Below, piece after piece: positions 1 to 11,637 of a stretch of DNA of 64,000 nt. The position numbers were made by a program, and so were the translations under genes. The notes beneath the pieces were generated by a model. It was given only the letters and a program-made list of their open reading frames with translations, was not told where the DNA came from and did no database searches. The first letter of the stretch is position 1. The number at the start of each line of letters is the position of its first letter. This DNA is from Eledone cirrhosa (Eukaryota): assembly GCA_964016885.1 (NCBI GenBank), contig OZ024742.1, positions 145,638,001 through 145,702,000 on the forward strand. The letters are read 5' to 3'.

Positions 1-129
1 ATACATTAAATTTTCTCAAAGCAACCAAAGTGTATAATAAATTTATATCTGTACTTATATATTCAGAGATAATGAAGAGTACATAAATGTATGCGTGTAT
101 ATATTTACACACACGTATATATAGGTGTA

Positions 130-575
130 CGAGGTGTGTCATAAAAGTTCCAGGACTGATGTCACAAAAGATTTATTTCAAACCCAAACTTCACACTAAG
201 AGTTTTCTCCTTCAAAGTAATCCCCCTGGAGTATGTAACTGTAATCGTAGCTCTTTGCAGCGATCAAACTTTTTTCTTCATAATTTTATACACATGTCCT
301 CTGTTTCAGGTCGTGAAGCAATGAGCACAGAGCAACGAACAAACTTGAAGTTTCTGGTACGGTTAGGGAAAACTCCGTCAGAAGCATTGGGATTGCTGCA
401 GCAAGTGTATGGAGATGAGACGATGTCACGCTGACGTGTTTTTGAGTGGTGCAAGAGGTTTAAAGAAGGACATGAGGAAGTGGAAGATGACCCCAGGAGC
501 AGAAGGCCCTCAACAACCAGGAGTGAGGTCAACGTTGAGCGTGTCAGGCAGATGGTGCGTAGCAATCGTTGGCTG
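130..575 (+). mobile_element. Mariner DNA transposon 5' fragment (left TIR plus HTH part of transposase, in-frame stop)
   Basis: TA at 128-129 then CGAGGTGTGTCATAAAAGT TIR-like end. Translation [64 protein letters not shown] is a mariner N-terminus. Interrupted at ~575 by a PLE repeat. Confidence 0.85.
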
Positions 576-1078
576 ACAGCGTGTGTAAATCGACCAGATA
601 TACAGTCAACTAAACAGAATTAGGTGTAAAATAAACTAGGAGAAAAGTGAACATATTTAGTTACCTCTACCATGGTTTCGTCCGCATTGTAAGATATCCG
701 ATAACATTGGACATGAAACCATGTTAGAGGTAACTAAATATGTTCACTTTTCTCCTAGTTTATTTTACACCTAATTCTGTTTAGTTGACTGTATATCTGG
801 TCGATTTATACACGCTGTCGAAATACACGATAAATACTCCGTCGCAACCGCCGCGAAGGGCTGCTTTCGGTTATTTGTCAGAGATTTCTTCATAGAAGCG
901 TTTATTCTTATAGCTTGGTCTAATCGATTTTTTATATGGTTAATTATGCTAATTGGGAGAGGAAACGGTATATATTTTATCTGGTGATTCTATAGACATG
1001 TTTTATGATATATAGCTCTTATTATTTAATTTATTAACTCTTCATTGAGCCACAAAGTGACCCATTGCAAAACACACG

Positions 1079-1147
<69 letters not shown>

Positions 1148-1772
1148 CTTTATATGTAATAATCTTCCGTTAGGTTGAGATACAATTTTGGCTGTATTGG
1201 GCTGCGCTTTCTAGCAAAAGGCCTCCAGCCGTAAGCAACTAATCACATTCTTTCTAACCTGACCGCTGCTACGTCACGATTCTTAGCCATTTTTGAATGT
1301 ATTCTTGGCGCGATCACTTTGGAAAATTAATTGTCTAAATTTGAGCTAACTCCAGAAGAGTCCGGTGCTCCAGATGTCCAATGTTATCGGATATCTTAAA
1401 ATGCGGACGAAACCATGGTAGAGGTAACTAAATATGTTCACTTTTCTCCTAGTTTATTTTACACCTAATTCTGTTTAGTTGACTGTATATCTGGTCTATT
1501 TATAGACGCTGTCGAAATACACGATAAATACTCCGCCGCAACCGCCGCGAAGGGCTGCTTTCGGTTATTTGTCGGGGATTTCTTCATAAAAGCCTTTATT
1601 CTTATGGCTTGGTCTAATCGATTTTTTATATGGTTAATTATGCTAATTGGGAGAGGAAACGGTATATATTTTATCTGGTGATTATATAGACATGTTGTAT
1701 GATATATAGCTCTGATTATTTAATTTATTAACTCTTCATTGAGCCACAAAGTGACCCATTGCAAAACACACA
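575..1772 (+). mobile_element. Penelope-like pseudo-LTR cluster: inverted copy (575-713), truncated direct copy (715-1080), longer direct copy (~1141-1772)
   Basis: 715-1080 repeats 1409-1772. 575-713 is the reverse complement of ~1374-1513. Direct copies end at (AT)n and the family carries a hammerhead-like motif. Confidence 0.7.
1350..1423 (+). ncRNA. Degenerate type I hammerhead ribozyme motif (core CAGAAGA)
   Basis: CTC-CAGAAGA(1353-59)-GTCCG...CGGAC(1404-08)-GAAA-CCATGG-TA-GAG. One core substitution relative to CUGANGA. Confidence 0.65.
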
Positions 1773-1773
1773 C

Positions 1774-1806
<33 letters not shown>

Positions 1807-1869
1807 TATAATGCCCTACTATTATGACATTTGCTCAATCAAAAAGAAAATGGAAACCACCTGAAAAAA

Positions 1870-3545
1870 AAAACAGCTCACATGGCTCAAGATCTGACTT
1901 GAATGAACATCAAAATTGCTACCTTGAGTGAAATAAGGCAAAATTGAATCAGGTTCCAGTTACACCACTTTTTTGGAAAGGAAGGGAGAGGTAGTAGGAA
2001 AATGTTCTCTTACATTTGACTTTGCTGTGAAGTCAAGGCCGGTGAAGAATTGAGTCTCTCTTTGATGCCCAATGGGCATCAAAGAGAGACTCATAATCCT
2101 TTGAGTCCCACTCTCGCAAGATAGCTTTGTCACTTTCATCTCTGTCTATGCACCTATTCTCATCACTCATGAAGATGTTAAGAGCAAATTTTACCAGTGG
2201 CTGAACACTGTTCTCTCCGAAATGCCACCTAAAAGCAAGCTCATCTTCCTTGTCAATTTTAATACCAGAGTAAAAAAAAAACTACCTCATGTGGGAGAAT
2301 GTCAAGTAAACAAGGTATTGGAAACGGCAAGGCAAATGATCACTTACTACTCAGATTCTGCACAGAGCAAGATCTTTTCATTACTAATACTCAGGCCTGG
2401 CTCCAAACCTCTTTAAACTATGTAGATACACCCATGTTCTAAGCATTGATATGTCCTTAGCTACATCATCAGACATCAATATGACAAGAAAGATGTCACT
2501 ATCACTAAGACAGCAAGAGGGGCTGGTGATTGTTAGATAGACCATAAATTCCTCATCAGCCGACTTAAAATTTCTGTTCATCGTAAACCATCAGTCCACT
2601 TAAAATGTCAACCAAGAAGAAAGTCTAGCTCATCAAAACTAGAAGACTAAGCTGAAGGAGGATTCTAAGAATATATCAAAGAAAAACTGGTAAAGAACCA
2701 CCTCCCCAACACCAAAAATACCAATAAAGAGTGAACGACAATTTCAAACATCAGCCAAAAAGCAGCTTCAGGAAAATGAATAACAATGATTGGCTCAATG
2801 AAAACAAGGAAGAAATCTCAAGACTAACCAATACTAAAAGAGATGCCCACATCCCTTGAACAAGACCTAACCTCAAACATGAAGAAACAACACTTTCAAG
2901 ACCTTCAGTAAATATATGAAACTTGGATGAGAGAGATTCAAAACAGCTGGTGGATAAGAAAGGCTATAGAGTTCAATGACATGCAGATGTTAGAGGCTGT
3001 AGAAATCTCTCTACCTGTACCAAAGAACTGTATAGCCCAAACCAAGCTCCAAAATGTATTCTGAAAACTGTTGACAAGGCCAACTTTCTCACATTCAGAC
3101 AAAGTATTTATAACTACTGGAAGGGACATTTCCCAATCACCAATGTCTTAAAACAAGGATGAGTACTTGCTCCAACCTAGTTCTCTATATACCTTACAGC
3201 CATGCTTCATGAAATTCCACCTACCAACCCTGATGTAACTATATCAAGTACCACTTCAGTGGTGGATTCTACAGTGGTGGAGATTCCAGCTATAAAGACT
3301 GACCAAGAGGACTTATATCAGTGAATACAATATGCTAACAACAATATCTTGCCAACACATTCACCAAATGAAATGCAGGAATCAGTTATCATTTTCAAAA
3401 ACACAGATGGTTGCTTCAGTCTGACAATCAACTAGCACAATCTGTTTCACACTTAATTCTTCAGATTTCAACATCGTCATCTTTAATACACCACTAGAGC
3501 AAGTAGATCAGTTCCAATACCTCAGAAACATAACACCAAGACATG
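1870..3545 (+). mobile_element. Degraded RTE-type LINE remnant (endonuclease to RT) in SULT copy C intron 1
   Basis: Decayed endonuclease/RT-like peptides with many stops. 2800-3545 is duplicated at ~30770-31510. Confidence 0.55.
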
Positions 3546-3649
3546 TAAATAAATATTTGGTTTTTAAGTCATGAGCAATGCAATTATTTTAGTGGAAAAC
3601 AGGAAGTGAGATGACATTGGACTTTATTATGCAAGCAGACATTGAATAT

Positions 3650-3892
3650 TATTAGAGGAAAATAGAAACATACGTTGTAGTGTGTAATGATTAGAGGAAG
3701 ATAGAAACTGTGAGATGATTAGAGGTAGATAGAAACTTATACTGTGAGATGATTAGAGGTAGATAGACACATATGTTGTATTGAGGGATGTTTAGAGGAA
3801 GATAGAAACATATTGTACTGTTTCATGGTTGGAAAAGATAGAAACATAGGTAGTATTGTGAGAGGATTAGAGAAAGATAGAAACATATATTA
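3650..3892. repeat. Degenerate minisatellite (GATTAGAGG..GATAGAAAC core); paralog at ~31615-31855
   Basis: The core motif recurs about 7 times. Confidence 0.6.
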
Positions 3893-4172
3893 ACCATTGT
3901 TGTGTGTGTGGTGCAGTAAATATATATATATATATACACCAGGTCCAAACACAAAGGAACCAAGCTCCTACAGTCATTGCCTCTGTCTTTCCCACTCTCC
4001 CCAATGCCCTGTTCACTGTTATGAACAAATGGGGGTCAATGCCCCGGAAGACAGAATAGAGAAGGCGTTTCCCCCGAGGATGGTGAGAGAAACATATATT
4101 GTATTGTAGGACGATTGGAGAAAAAGAAAAGCTTTTGTTGTCGGATGATCCCTATGACAACAAAATACATAC

Positions 4173-4338
4173 CAGCTTTCATGTAACCGAGAAGTAATAC
4201 ATCGTCATCTCTTAATGGCATATCTGGAAGATTGTCAAGATGTTCTTCAATATTTGGCATCATTGGCACTAGAAAGCCTTTGTAGTCATAGTTGTGCAAC
4301 TGGTATCCAGCCGGATCTTTGTAGAAAACTTCAGGCAT
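4173..4338 (-). CDS. Cytosolic sulfotransferase copy C, coding exon 1 (remaining exons presumably left of the window)
   Basis: MPEVFYKDPAG...LRDDDVLLLGYMKAG, GTATGT donor at 4172, 166 nt, near-identical to 32133-32298. Confidence 0.85.
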
Positions 4339-4730
4339 GATGTAATTCTATTGTTCTTCTGTAATATATAAATGTTATATAGCTATATGATTATAGTGTT
4401 TACCAAGTGAGAAAGGCAGGTAAAACAGTAACGATGATGATGATGATGATGACACTTAAGGTAGGACATCACAGCCATTCACACACACTCACTCACACAC
4501 ACACACATATACACACACACACATGCGTGTGTATGTGTGTGTTTGTGTGCTCTTTATTATAGTCAAGTGATGAATCTTATCTGATGTTTTTGTGAGTACA
4601 CAGGTGAAACTTCAAAGTTACAAGATTCTTGAGATAGCCATAATAAAGAGTATCATTATACTCTAATTTGGTAGTGAGAACTCATTCCCGCATCCATCCA
4701 CATAATACGGATATATATATATATATATAT

Positions 4731-4938
4731 ATAGGAACAAGTAGGACCCCGACGGCTGAGCTCAAGCCGTTTCGACGGCTAATTCTGGACTAAAATTTTT
4801 TAGTCCAGAATTAGCCGTCGAAACGGCTTGAGCTCAGCCGTCGGGGTCCTACTCATTCCTATTACCCACTCTACTACCCTAAGTATTGAGTACTTTGGTG
4901 CGTTATGGTTCACCTGGTTCCTTATCACATTTCCTTTG

Positions 4939-4940
<2 letters not shown>
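4731..4940 (+). mobile_element. PLE-like terminal-repeat fragment with a ~130-bp fold-back palindrome (4731-4861), flanked by (AT)n
   Basis: Near-perfect inverted repeat centred ~4796. The right arm reads GAAA-CGGCT-TGAGCTC-AGCCG-TC, the 3' half of a hammerhead. Confidence 0.55.
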
Positions 4941-5002
<62 letters not shown>

Positions 5003-5411
5003 ATGTAGTGAATAGAAATGTAACAAACTGTAGCGAAGTTGATGGTGAGTTGTATGTAGCAATAGAAGGTAGAATAGATATAGTGATGGGAGGAATTAGT
5101 TTCAGTTTGTTGTTATTCATTAGTGTGTGGCAGAGGTTGTAGTAGTTTGTGTTGGTTGTTGTCTTGCTGGGTGATTATGAGTAAGTTAAAATTTGTCCCA
5201 GATATAAGCACTGTGTGTAATGCCAATGAATGAACAAATACAATATGATCGCTACCAAAATATATTTATTAAGTTAATAGCCTGCTATGAGGCTAATGGG
5301 ACAATGTAATGAAAACAAGGCTTAAGTTGTTATATATGTATGTGTGCAATGATTCAAAAGATGGTATTTACTGTACTTCTGTTATGAGATGATAGTCATT
5401 TGTCTGGTAGT

Positions 5412-5502
<91 letters not shown>

Positions 5503-5825
5503 ACAGGGGTTTGTATGATATAGTGGCTACATCTTAACAGCTAGAAATCATTTCTATAACTTCTTTGTTTTTGCATGCATATTCTTGTTTGACTTCTATA
5601 ACATTTCCAACATTAAATGTTTGCATGCACACAGACTTTGCCTAAACCATGAGCCAAGATTTTCTCACTTTTACAAAAAACAGAAGTAATTTTCAAGATG
5701 TAGACTCCTGATCTCAAAAACAAGAACAACAACTATCTCTCTTGAAGAATAATAAGGATTATCAATATAGTCTAATATTGGGAAAAAATAGGTATTAACA
5801 TGTGTAGCAATCAAACCAACATCAC

Positions 5826-6960
5826 TTATTTTCACAATAAGTATGATAACCAACTGCCCCAACACACCCAACATGAACATAAGAAGTGTTATTTTCACAA
5901 GAAGTATGATAACCAACTGCCCCAACACACCCAACATGAACATAAGAAGTGTTATTTTCACAAGAAGTATGATAACCAACTGCCCCAACACACCCAACAT
6001 GAACATAAGAAGTGTTATTTTCACAAGAAGTATGATAACCAACTGCCCCAACACACCCAACATGAACATAAGAAGTGTTATTTTCACAAGAAGTATGATA
6101 ACCAACTGCCCCAACACACCCAACATGAACATAAGAAGTGTTATTTTCACAAGAAGTATGATAACCAACTGCCCCAACACACCCAACATGAACATAAGAA
6201 GTGTTATTTTCACAAGAAGTATGATAACCAACTGCCCCAACACACCCAACATGAAAATAAGAAGTGTTATTTTCACAATAAGTATGATAACCAACTGCCC
6301 CAACACACCCAACATGAACATAAGAAGTGTTATTTTCACAAGAAGTATGATAACCAACTGCCCCAACACACCCAACATGAAAATAAGAAGTGTTATTTTC
6401 ACAATAAGTATGATAACCAACTGCCCCAACACACCCAACATGAACATAAGAAGTGTTATTTTCACAAGAAGTATGATAACCAACTGCCCCAACACACCCA
6501 ACATGAACATAAGAAGTGTTATTTTCACAAGAAGTATGATAACCAACTGCCCCAACACACCCAACATGAACATAAGAAGTGTTATTTTCACAAGAAGTAT
6601 GATAACCAACTGCCCCAACACACCCAACATGAAAATAAGAAGTGTTATTTTCACAATAAGTATGATAACCAACTGCCCCAACACACCCAACATGAACATA
6701 AGAAGTGTTATTTTCACAAGAAGTATGATAACCAACTGCCCCAACACACCCAACATGAAAATAAGAAGTGTTATTTTCACAATAAGTATGATAACCAACT
6801 GCCCCAACACACCCAACATGAACATAAGAAGTGTTATTTTCACAAGAAGTATGATAACCAACTGCCCCAACACACCCAACATGAACATAAGAAGTGTTAT
6901 TTTCACAAGAAGTATGATAACCAACTGCCCCAACACACCTAACATGAAAATAAGAAGTGT
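5826..6960. repeat. Minisatellite, 18 x 63 bp, two variants
   Basis: Unit TTATTTTCACAAGAAGTATGATAACCAACTGCCCCAACACACCCAACATGAACATAAGAAGTG; 21-aa periodicity in four ORFs. Confidence 0.97.
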
Positions 6961-7135
6961 GGGTTCGATTCCCATGCATGCTAATGCCCAAGTTTTTCAT
7001 TATGGGGTAAGGAGTGGTTCGTATGTCCTAAAATTAGACTATTTTCTGTACTCAATTTAAAGTGAAAGCTTCTAATTCTATTTAAATATATATATGTGCA
7101 TATATGAGCATATATATATATATATATATATATAT

Positions 7136-7375
7136 GCTTCATTTTTGTATTTGTTTTGCAAGGTTTCTTAGCTGAAAACTTGTGTTGAAACAGATATTGT
7201 TATACTTTGGGAGGGTCATGCTGCCAATAAAAACACAACCACCTGTTAGTTTTCACTTCAATTTATTATAAACTTCCAGTTGGTTTGTACAATGACTGAG
7301 GAGGTCACAGAATGTGTGACAAAAGAGCTCTGACAATAAACAAATAAAGAACCATCTGGTTATTAAACTAACCAA
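7136..7375. mobile_element. Short hammerhead-bearing repeat (same family as 12800-13076) with an inverted 3' part
   Basis: 7296-7334 CTGAGGA-GGTCACAGAATGTGTGAC-AAAA-GAGCTC-TGAC. 7136-7285 is a diverged reverse complement of ~12930-13076. Confidence 0.6.
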
Positions 7376-7629
7376 TTCTCTATGGTTCAAAACAGCTGTT
7401 TAGGAATAATTAGTAATGTAAATAATAATTTTATAATCTCATTATTTTCTATCTCATCATATGTATTACAAGATAAAATTAATGATGTTTCTGTAATATT
7501 ACTGTATGATTATCCTCTGGTATGAGATATTTTTTGCATCTAATTTCCATTGAGTTTTTATGGAACAACGAAATCAAGATGTTTTTATTTCGATTTATTT
7601 TATCTTGTTTATATATCATGATCATCCTG

Positions 7630-9690
7630 ATCATCATCATCATCACTGTTTAACATACATTTTCAATGCTAGCATGGATTAGATGGGTTGTCCTATTAGA
7701 GGCAAATGTCTTGCTCATCAGAACCGATTTGGGCTTTGTTTCTACAGCTGGATGCCCTTCCCAACACCAACTACATTTACAGTGAGTACTGGGTGCTTTT
7801 TGTTGTGACACCTACATGACCACTTTACAGGGTGGACTTTGTACTTTTTGTCATGTCACCTTCATGACTATTTTGCAGTATGGTCTCAGGGGTTTGGTGG
7901 GAAGGGTGTTTAGTGATTAGGGAGTAGGATATATGGGTGTGTGTGAGGGGCAGAGTGTTAGGTCATCAGAGCTGTGTGGAAGGGAGGTGAAGGTGGTGCA
8001 TACCAAATGTATGCTTCAGCCTGTGTTCATGGGAGATGTATGGGAGGGAGTGGAGGTGAATACTATATATATGCCTCATTCCGTACTCATGGGATTGTAG
8101 GTCTTCTGTATTACTGCATAACGCCTGAGATCCTGGTTCAGTGTCGTCGCCTTTGAGAATTGCAATTGTGTAAGGTCATCTTTTATCACCTCATCCCAAG
8201 CCTTCCTGAGTCTTCACTCCAAAGTTACCATCAATTTTGAGCGCTCTGCATCTTTTTATACAGCTGTTATCCTTCATTTACATCACATGTCCATACCAAT
8301 GCAATCTCCTCTCCTGCACACTACATCTGATCCCTCTTATGACTAGTTTCTCTCTCAGTTCGTTTATGCTTTGCCATTTACATATATTACTATTACACAT
8401 CCATTGAAGCATGCAAGCTTCATTTCTTTTCAATTTTTGTAAAACCTCTACACACAGTGTCCAAGTCTCATTACCATGTAACATTTCTGTTTGTATACAT
8501 GTCATACAATCTGCCTTTCTGTTTGAGGGAAAACATTTTGTAGGTAGCAATGGTAGTAGCTCACTGAACTTCTTCCATCCCATCCTCACTCAGACTACAG
8601 TACTTTTAGAACACCCACCCCCATTGCTAATTTGATCACCTAGGTAGCAGAAGATGTCTACCACTTCTACCAAACCTTCCCAGAATTTGATAGTGCTTGT
8701 TTGCTGTGGTCATTTGCTACTTACTGCTCCAGTGCAACAGTTACATGTAAAACCTACATTCTTAGCTAAACTATCCCATAGTTTGAATTTGGGACAATGG
8801 ATGGAATTTCTACCTAGATCTTTCCTACACACTGAGCATGGCCATTTCCCCATGGAGATCTTGGATCTGTTTTCCCTTCTACTTACTAGGACCCTAGTCT
8901 TTGTCAGATTGACTTTAAGACCCTTTGTTTCTAGGCCATGCTTCCAGGTTTGGAATTTCTTCTCTAATTCTGCCATAGATTCAGCTTTGAGTGTGAGATC
9001 TTCTGTATACGGGAGTTCCCATGAGCAACCAGTCTTAACCCTTTACTGTTCAAACCGGCCCAAACCAGCCAGAATTCTCTACCTCTTTCTGTTGAAACTG
9101 GCTGTAACTGGTCGCTTAAACTGATGTTAAGGTATTGTTCTCAAAATAAATACTTTCAAAATCTCATAGATTCGATATTATGTGAGATAATTATGTGAGG
9201 TAAAGCCTTTACCATGAAAATATAATAGTATATATAAAATAATGTGAATGCTAAAGGGTTAAACTCCTCTGTTATAGCCTGCAGAATGATAATAAACAGA
9301 AGAGGGCTAAGGGCAGAGCCCTGTTGGATGCTAAAGTGCATGTTAAATTCCTTGCTACAGTCGTTATCAATCCTAACTTTGCTGACTGCTCCGCTATCAT
9401 GGCTTGTACAAGCCACTCTTTTACTCCTAGTTTTCTCAGAGCCCACCAGATAATGGCATGGGAGACTCATGTCAAAAGCTTTCTCAAGATCAACAAACAT
9501 CAGGTAGAGCAGCTTACTTTCAGCTCGGTACTTAACCTGTAGCTGTTTCACAGGGAAGAGGGCATCTGTGGTGCTTTTACCTGACACAAATCTGAACTGC
9601 ATCTCATCTAGGTTAATCCGGTTCCTAATCAGCTATGCTATAACCCTTTCTGTTACTTTCATGACCTGCTCCATCAACTTGATGCCTCTA
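7630..9690 (-). mobile_element. Degraded RTE-clade LINE (RT, PHD-like finger, 3' UTR, (GAT)n tail)
   Basis: ORF pieces MQFRFVSGKSTTDALF, QGSALSPLLF, GLKVNLTKTRVL, RRLHWYGHVM. Confidence 0.85.
9039..9258. mobile_element. piggyBac-type MITE nested in the RTE
   Basis: TTAA at 9035-38 and 9259-62, termini CCCTTTA...TAAAGGG. RTE sequence resumes colinearly on both sides. Confidence 0.75.
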
Positions 9691-10209
9691 ATATATATAT
9701 ATATATATATATATCTACACACCATGTACTCTGATATAAGAAGCAACTAAAAGGCTTGATGTCGGGAAGGGCATTCAGCAATAAAACATTTCCTTAAAAT
9801 GTCCATGCCAGCATGGAAAAATCGACATCAAAACGATTTTGATATGCATTATATATATATATATATATAGGTTTGCCATACATCAGAGTTTGAATGGCTG
9901 TCCTGGGGCCCTGTCTGGTTTACTAATCTTTCCTGGTTGAGACTGAGTTGTCTTCGAATGTCCTGGATGTTGATGAAAAAATATAAACCCAAAAGGGAAA
10001 ATGAGAAAGGTTAAAATCTGCACAGAATCTTGACTTAATGTTAGACATATTTTGTGAATTTTTTCTGTATGTGTACATGTGATGCAAGTGCTTGATAAAA
10101 TGTTTGGCTGCAGTTTCTAGCATATGTTACAAACAATAAGGTTTTGCGATTTAGTGAATTTGTTTCTTCATATTTTTCTTTAAAATGGGGTAAATTCATA
10201 GAACACCAC

Positions 10210-10678
10210 CATTGATTTCAGTGGGAAATAATTATTTTTCCTCATTTTTTTTTCATGTGCTATCAATTAAACTTACCTCCAAATATACTGCATAGGACAT
10301 TTTCATTTTTCAATGGAAAACAAAGGGGGAAGAGAGGGTACCCTCAGACTTTTCACTCCCTCTCCACCTAAATTTTCTTTACCATTTTTTTCCTCAATCA
10401 TTTTTTTGTGTGTGCTACAACTAATCTTACCTCCAAACATGCTGCAAAATACTTTTTTCCCTTAACCCTAACCCTTACTCCAAACCTAACCCCAGCCACA
10501 GCACCGACCCTAACCCTAACCTCGGGGGAAGGAGGTGAAAAGTCTGAGCCCCCTCCCCCTTTCACATCCATTTTCCATGGAAAAGTCTCTTGTTTGGAGG
10601 TAAGTTTAATTGATAGCACAAGGGGAAAAAATAGATAAATAATGGGAAAAAATAAATATTTCCTACTGAAATCAATGA
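10210..10678. mobile_element. Fold-back/MITE-like element with long imperfect inverted repeats and internal (CCCTAA)-like repeats
   Basis: ATTGATTTCAGT...GTGCTATCAATTAAACTTACCTCCAAA pairs with TTTGGAGGTAAGTTTAATTGATAGCAC...ACTGAAATCAAT. Confidence 0.6.
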
Positions 10679-11004
10679 GGGGGGGGGGGTCTATAATAAT
10701 ACAAATAAGGGCAGGTTGGTGGAACCTTACAACAAAGGTTCTACTATATACAGTGGCGAACTGGCCAGGTTGCCAGGTTGCCCAATGGCAAGTGGGCCCC
10801 AGAGGGCCCCCAGTAGCACACAGGGCCCCTCAATAGCATTGCAGGGGCCCACTGTAGTATTTTAGGTGCCAATGCTTTGCTTTCAAAAGATATCTTTATA
10901 AAAATGTCTCAGAGATAGAATAAAGAATTTTTTTTATAAATAAAGAAATAAGTAAAGCATTTGGTCAAACAATTCCCTAGGGAATTAATAGATATCAAAA
11001 TATA

Positions 11005-11215
11005 TTGGTTTCTTATATAGGCACAAGGCCAACCAGTTTGGGGGAGAAGAAAGTCGATTAAAGTCGACCCCAGTGCGTGACTGGTAGTTTATTTTATCGA
11101 CCCCGTAAGGATGAAAGGCAAAGTTATCCTTGACAGGATTTGAACTCAGATCATAAAGGGCCGTAACATGCACAGCATGGCGTCCGACCCTCTACCGATA
11201 CTGCCAATCCACAAT
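11005..11215 (-). mobile_element. tRNA-derived SINE (MetaSINE-like core)
   Basis: Core TTTTATCGACCCCGTAAGGATGAAAGGCAAAG plus a B-box-like GAGTTCAAATCC on the minus strand. Confidence 0.75.
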
Positions 11216-11301
11216 CAAAATATATTATAGTACTGACAGTTGGAGTCACTGGCTAACTATATTCATTCATGCATACATACAGACACACACACACACGCAC
11301 G

Positions 11302-11333
<32 letters not shown>

Positions 11334-11456
11334 CATACACATTAGCTGTCATGAGCTGTTGGCCAAATAACTTTTGATATCAATGGGTTAAAGACATATG
11401 TAAAATCAATTAGTGATCAGTTCTTCAATCTAAAGTCCCTAGGGAGAATGAGTCAA

Positions 11457-11637
11457 ATAATTGTTTCTACTTTTGGCACAAGGCCAGCAATTATCCCAGT
11501 GCATTACTGGTACTTTATTTCATCGACCCCGTAAGGATTAAAGGCAAAGTTAACCTCGGCGGGATTTGAACTCAGACCGTAACTCTATGCTGCAAAGCAT
11601 GGCGTCCGACCCTCTACCGATACTGCTAATCCACCGC
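11457..11637 (-). mobile_element. tRNA-derived SINE, same family (other copies ~20048-20158, 28765-28951, 29068-29226, 40248-40360, 46578-46686, 56947-57125, 57958-58150)
   Basis: A/B-box head (GAGTTCAAATCCC), shared core, GTAGAAACAATTAT tail. Confidence 0.8.

Noticed and set aside
6958-6975. tRNA gene from GGTTCGATTCCC
   Set aside because: Only a T-loop/B-box-like motif; no cloverleaf is visible.
5671-7060. Four long ORFs (380-434 aa) or a CRISPR-like array
   Set aside because: The ORFs arise from a stop-free 63-bp unit. There are no unique spacers or cas genes, and the context is eukaryotic.
10751-10856. hAT-like terminus (CAGTGGCG...GGGCCC repeats)
   Set aside because: No matching second end or TSD found.
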